Shown here: in pieces, positions 62,501 to 64,000 of the stretch
Layout: each line of letters begins with the position of its first letter
How positions within the stretch are numbered: position 1 is the first letter of the stretch
Assembly (NCBI GenBank): GCA_964016885.1
Contig: OZ024744.1
Location: 99,200,001 to 99,264,000, forward strand
Direction of reading: 5' to 3'
Length of the DNA: 64,000 nucleotides
DNA from: Eledone cirrhosa
Taxonomy: Eukaryota
Translations under genes and position numbers: made by a program
The notes under the pieces: generated by a model
Databases searched by the model: none
Told to the model about the DNA's origin: nothing
Seen by the model: the letters and a program-made list of their open reading frames with translations, nothing else

Positions 62501-64000
62501 TAGTGTTGGTGGGAGTGGTGGTGGTTATGGTCATAGTGTTCATGGGAGTGGCAGTGGTTATGGTCATAGTGTTGGTGTGAGTGGCAGTGGTTATGGTCAT
62601 AGTGTTGGTGGGAGTGGTGGTGGTTATGGGGATAGTGTTGGTGGGAGTGGCAGTGGTTATGGTCATAGTGTTGGTGGGAGTGGTGGTGGTTATGGTCATA
62701 GTGTTGGTGGGAGTGGTGTTGGTTATGGTCATAGTGTTGGTGGGAGTGGCAGTGGTTATGGTCATAGTGTTGGTGGGAGTGGCAGTGGTTATGGTCATAG
62801 TGTTGGTGGGAGTGGCAGTGGTTATGGTCATAGTGTCGGTGGGAGTGGTGGTGGTTATGGTCATAGTGTTGGTTGTGTGGTGGTGGTTATGGTCATAGTG
62901 TTGGTGGGAGTGGTGGTGGTTATGGTCATAGTGTTGGTGGTGTGGTGGTGGTTATGGTCATAGTGTTGGTGGGAGTGGTGGTGGTTATGGTCATAGTGTT
63001 GGTGGGAGTGGTGGTGGTTATGGTCATAGTGTTGGTGGGTGTGGCAGTGGTTATGGTCATAGTGTTGGTGGGAGTGGTGGTGGTTATGGTCATAGTGTTG
63101 GTGGGAGTGGTGGTGGTTATGGTCATAGTGTTGGTGGGAGTAGCAGTGGTTATGGTCATAGTGTTGGTGGGTGTGGCAGTGGTTATGGTCATAGTGTTGG
63201 TGGGAGTGGCAGTGGTTATGGTCATAGTGTTGGTGGGAGTAGCAGTGGTTATGGTCATAGTGTTGGTGGGAGTGGCAGTGGTTATGGTCATAGTGTTGGT
63301 GGGAGTGGTGGTGGTTATGGTTATTGTGTTGGTGGGAGTGGCAGTGGTTATGGTCATAGTGTTGGTGGGTGTGGCAGTGGTTATGGTCATAGTGTTGGTG
63401 GGTGTGGCAGTGGTTATGGTCATAGTGTTGGTGGGAGTGGCAGTGGTTATGGTCATAGTGTTGGTGGGAGTGGTGGTGGTTATGGTCATAGTGTTGGTGG
63501 GAGTGGTGGTGGTTATGGTCATAGTGTTGGTGGGAGTGGCAGTGGTTATGGTCATAGTGTTGGTGGGAGTGGTGGTGGTTATGGTCATAGTGTTGGTGGG
63601 AGTGGCAGTGGTTATGGTCATAGTGTTGGTGGGAGTGGAGGTGGTTATGGTCATAGTGTTGGTGGGAGTGGTGGTGGTTATGGTCATAGTGTTGGTGGGA
63701 GTGGTGGTGGTTATGGTCATAGTGTTGGTGGGAGTGGTGGTGGTTATGGTCATAGTGTTGGTGGGAGTGGCGGTGGTTATGGTCATAGTGTTGGTGGGAG
63801 TGGAGGTGGTTATGGTCATAGTGTTGGTGGGAGTGGTGGTGGTTATGGTCATAGTGTTGGTGGGAGTGGTGGTGGTTATGGTCATAGTGTTGGTGGGAGT
63901 GGCAGTGTTTATGGTCATAGTGTTGGTGGGAGTGGTGGTGGTTATGGTCATAGTGTTGGTGTGAGTGGCAGTGGTTATGGTCATAGTGTTGGTGGGAGTG

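Larger units (their letters stand above)
12858..64000. repeat. 33-bp tandem repeat (minisatellite/satellite) array, ~1,550 units, consensus GGTTATGGTCATAGTGTTGGTGGGAGTGG(TG/CA)GT
   Basis: Head-to-tail 33-bp units run without unique sequence from 12858 to the window end (51,143 bp / 33 = ~1,550). The two major unit types end in GGTGGT or GGCAGT. Most units carry 0-1 other differences. Confidence 0.99.

Noticed and set aside
17000-62945. Programmed ribosomal frameshifting at the -1 sites
   Set aside because: There is no slippery heptamer or downstream structure. The sites are DNA deletions spread by duplication.
31-63964. Poly-Val and MVIVLVGVVVV plus-strand ORFs as membrane proteins
   Set aside because: They are the automatic translation of GTN triplets, are implausibly hydrophobic, and are broken by propagated stops and frameshifts.
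12858-64000. CRISPR array (33-bp repeats)
   Set aside because: Units are head-to-tail with no unique spacers, no palindrome, no leader and no cas genes.
1-64000. Canonical telomerase repeat
   Set aside because: There is no TTAGGG, TTAGG, TTTAGGG or TG1-3 tract. A 33-bp unit with inherited kilobase duplications does not fit short-template synthesis.
1-64000. Synthetic or purely artefactual sequence
   Set aside because: Hierarchically shared variants, local variant patches and diverged duplicate copies fit natural array evolution. Exact copy number still needs read support.
1-64000. tRNA, rRNA, transposon ends, promoters, terminators
   Set aside because: No unique sequence, inverted repeats or hairpin-capable segments were seen, and the plus strand is nearly devoid of C.

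Overview
The whole 64 kb window is tandem-repeat DNA with a G/T-rich plus strand. I see no conventional gene, RNA gene, transposon or CRISPR array. There are two abutting domains. (1) 1-12857 is an old, degenerate (GTN)n tract whose most frequent word is a 39-bp unit, GTAGTGGTAGTTGTGGTGGTTGTTGTGGTAGTGGTGGTT, shuffled into blocks by internal duplication. (2) 12858-64000, open at the right edge, is a highly homogeneous 33-bp tandem array of about 1,550 units, consensus GGTTATGGTCATAGTGTTGGTGGGAGTGG(TG/CA)GT. The array has two interspersed major unit types, nested higher-order duplications (1,419 bp, ~2.3-2.7 kb x3, ~4.0 kb, ~11.1 kb) and 14 single-base deletions, 13 of them at the same site in the unit. 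The very long ORFs follow from a 3n unit in which 4 of 6 frames have no stop. A mucin-like PTS reading on the minus strand (TTPTNTMTITT) and a Gly/His/Tyr reading on the plus strand (GYGHSVGGSGG) are possible but unsupported, and the frameshifts break both. The best reading is a eukaryote-type minisatellite/satellite block, possibly subtelomeric. The organism cannot be identified. All counts and offsets were read by eye from marker variants.
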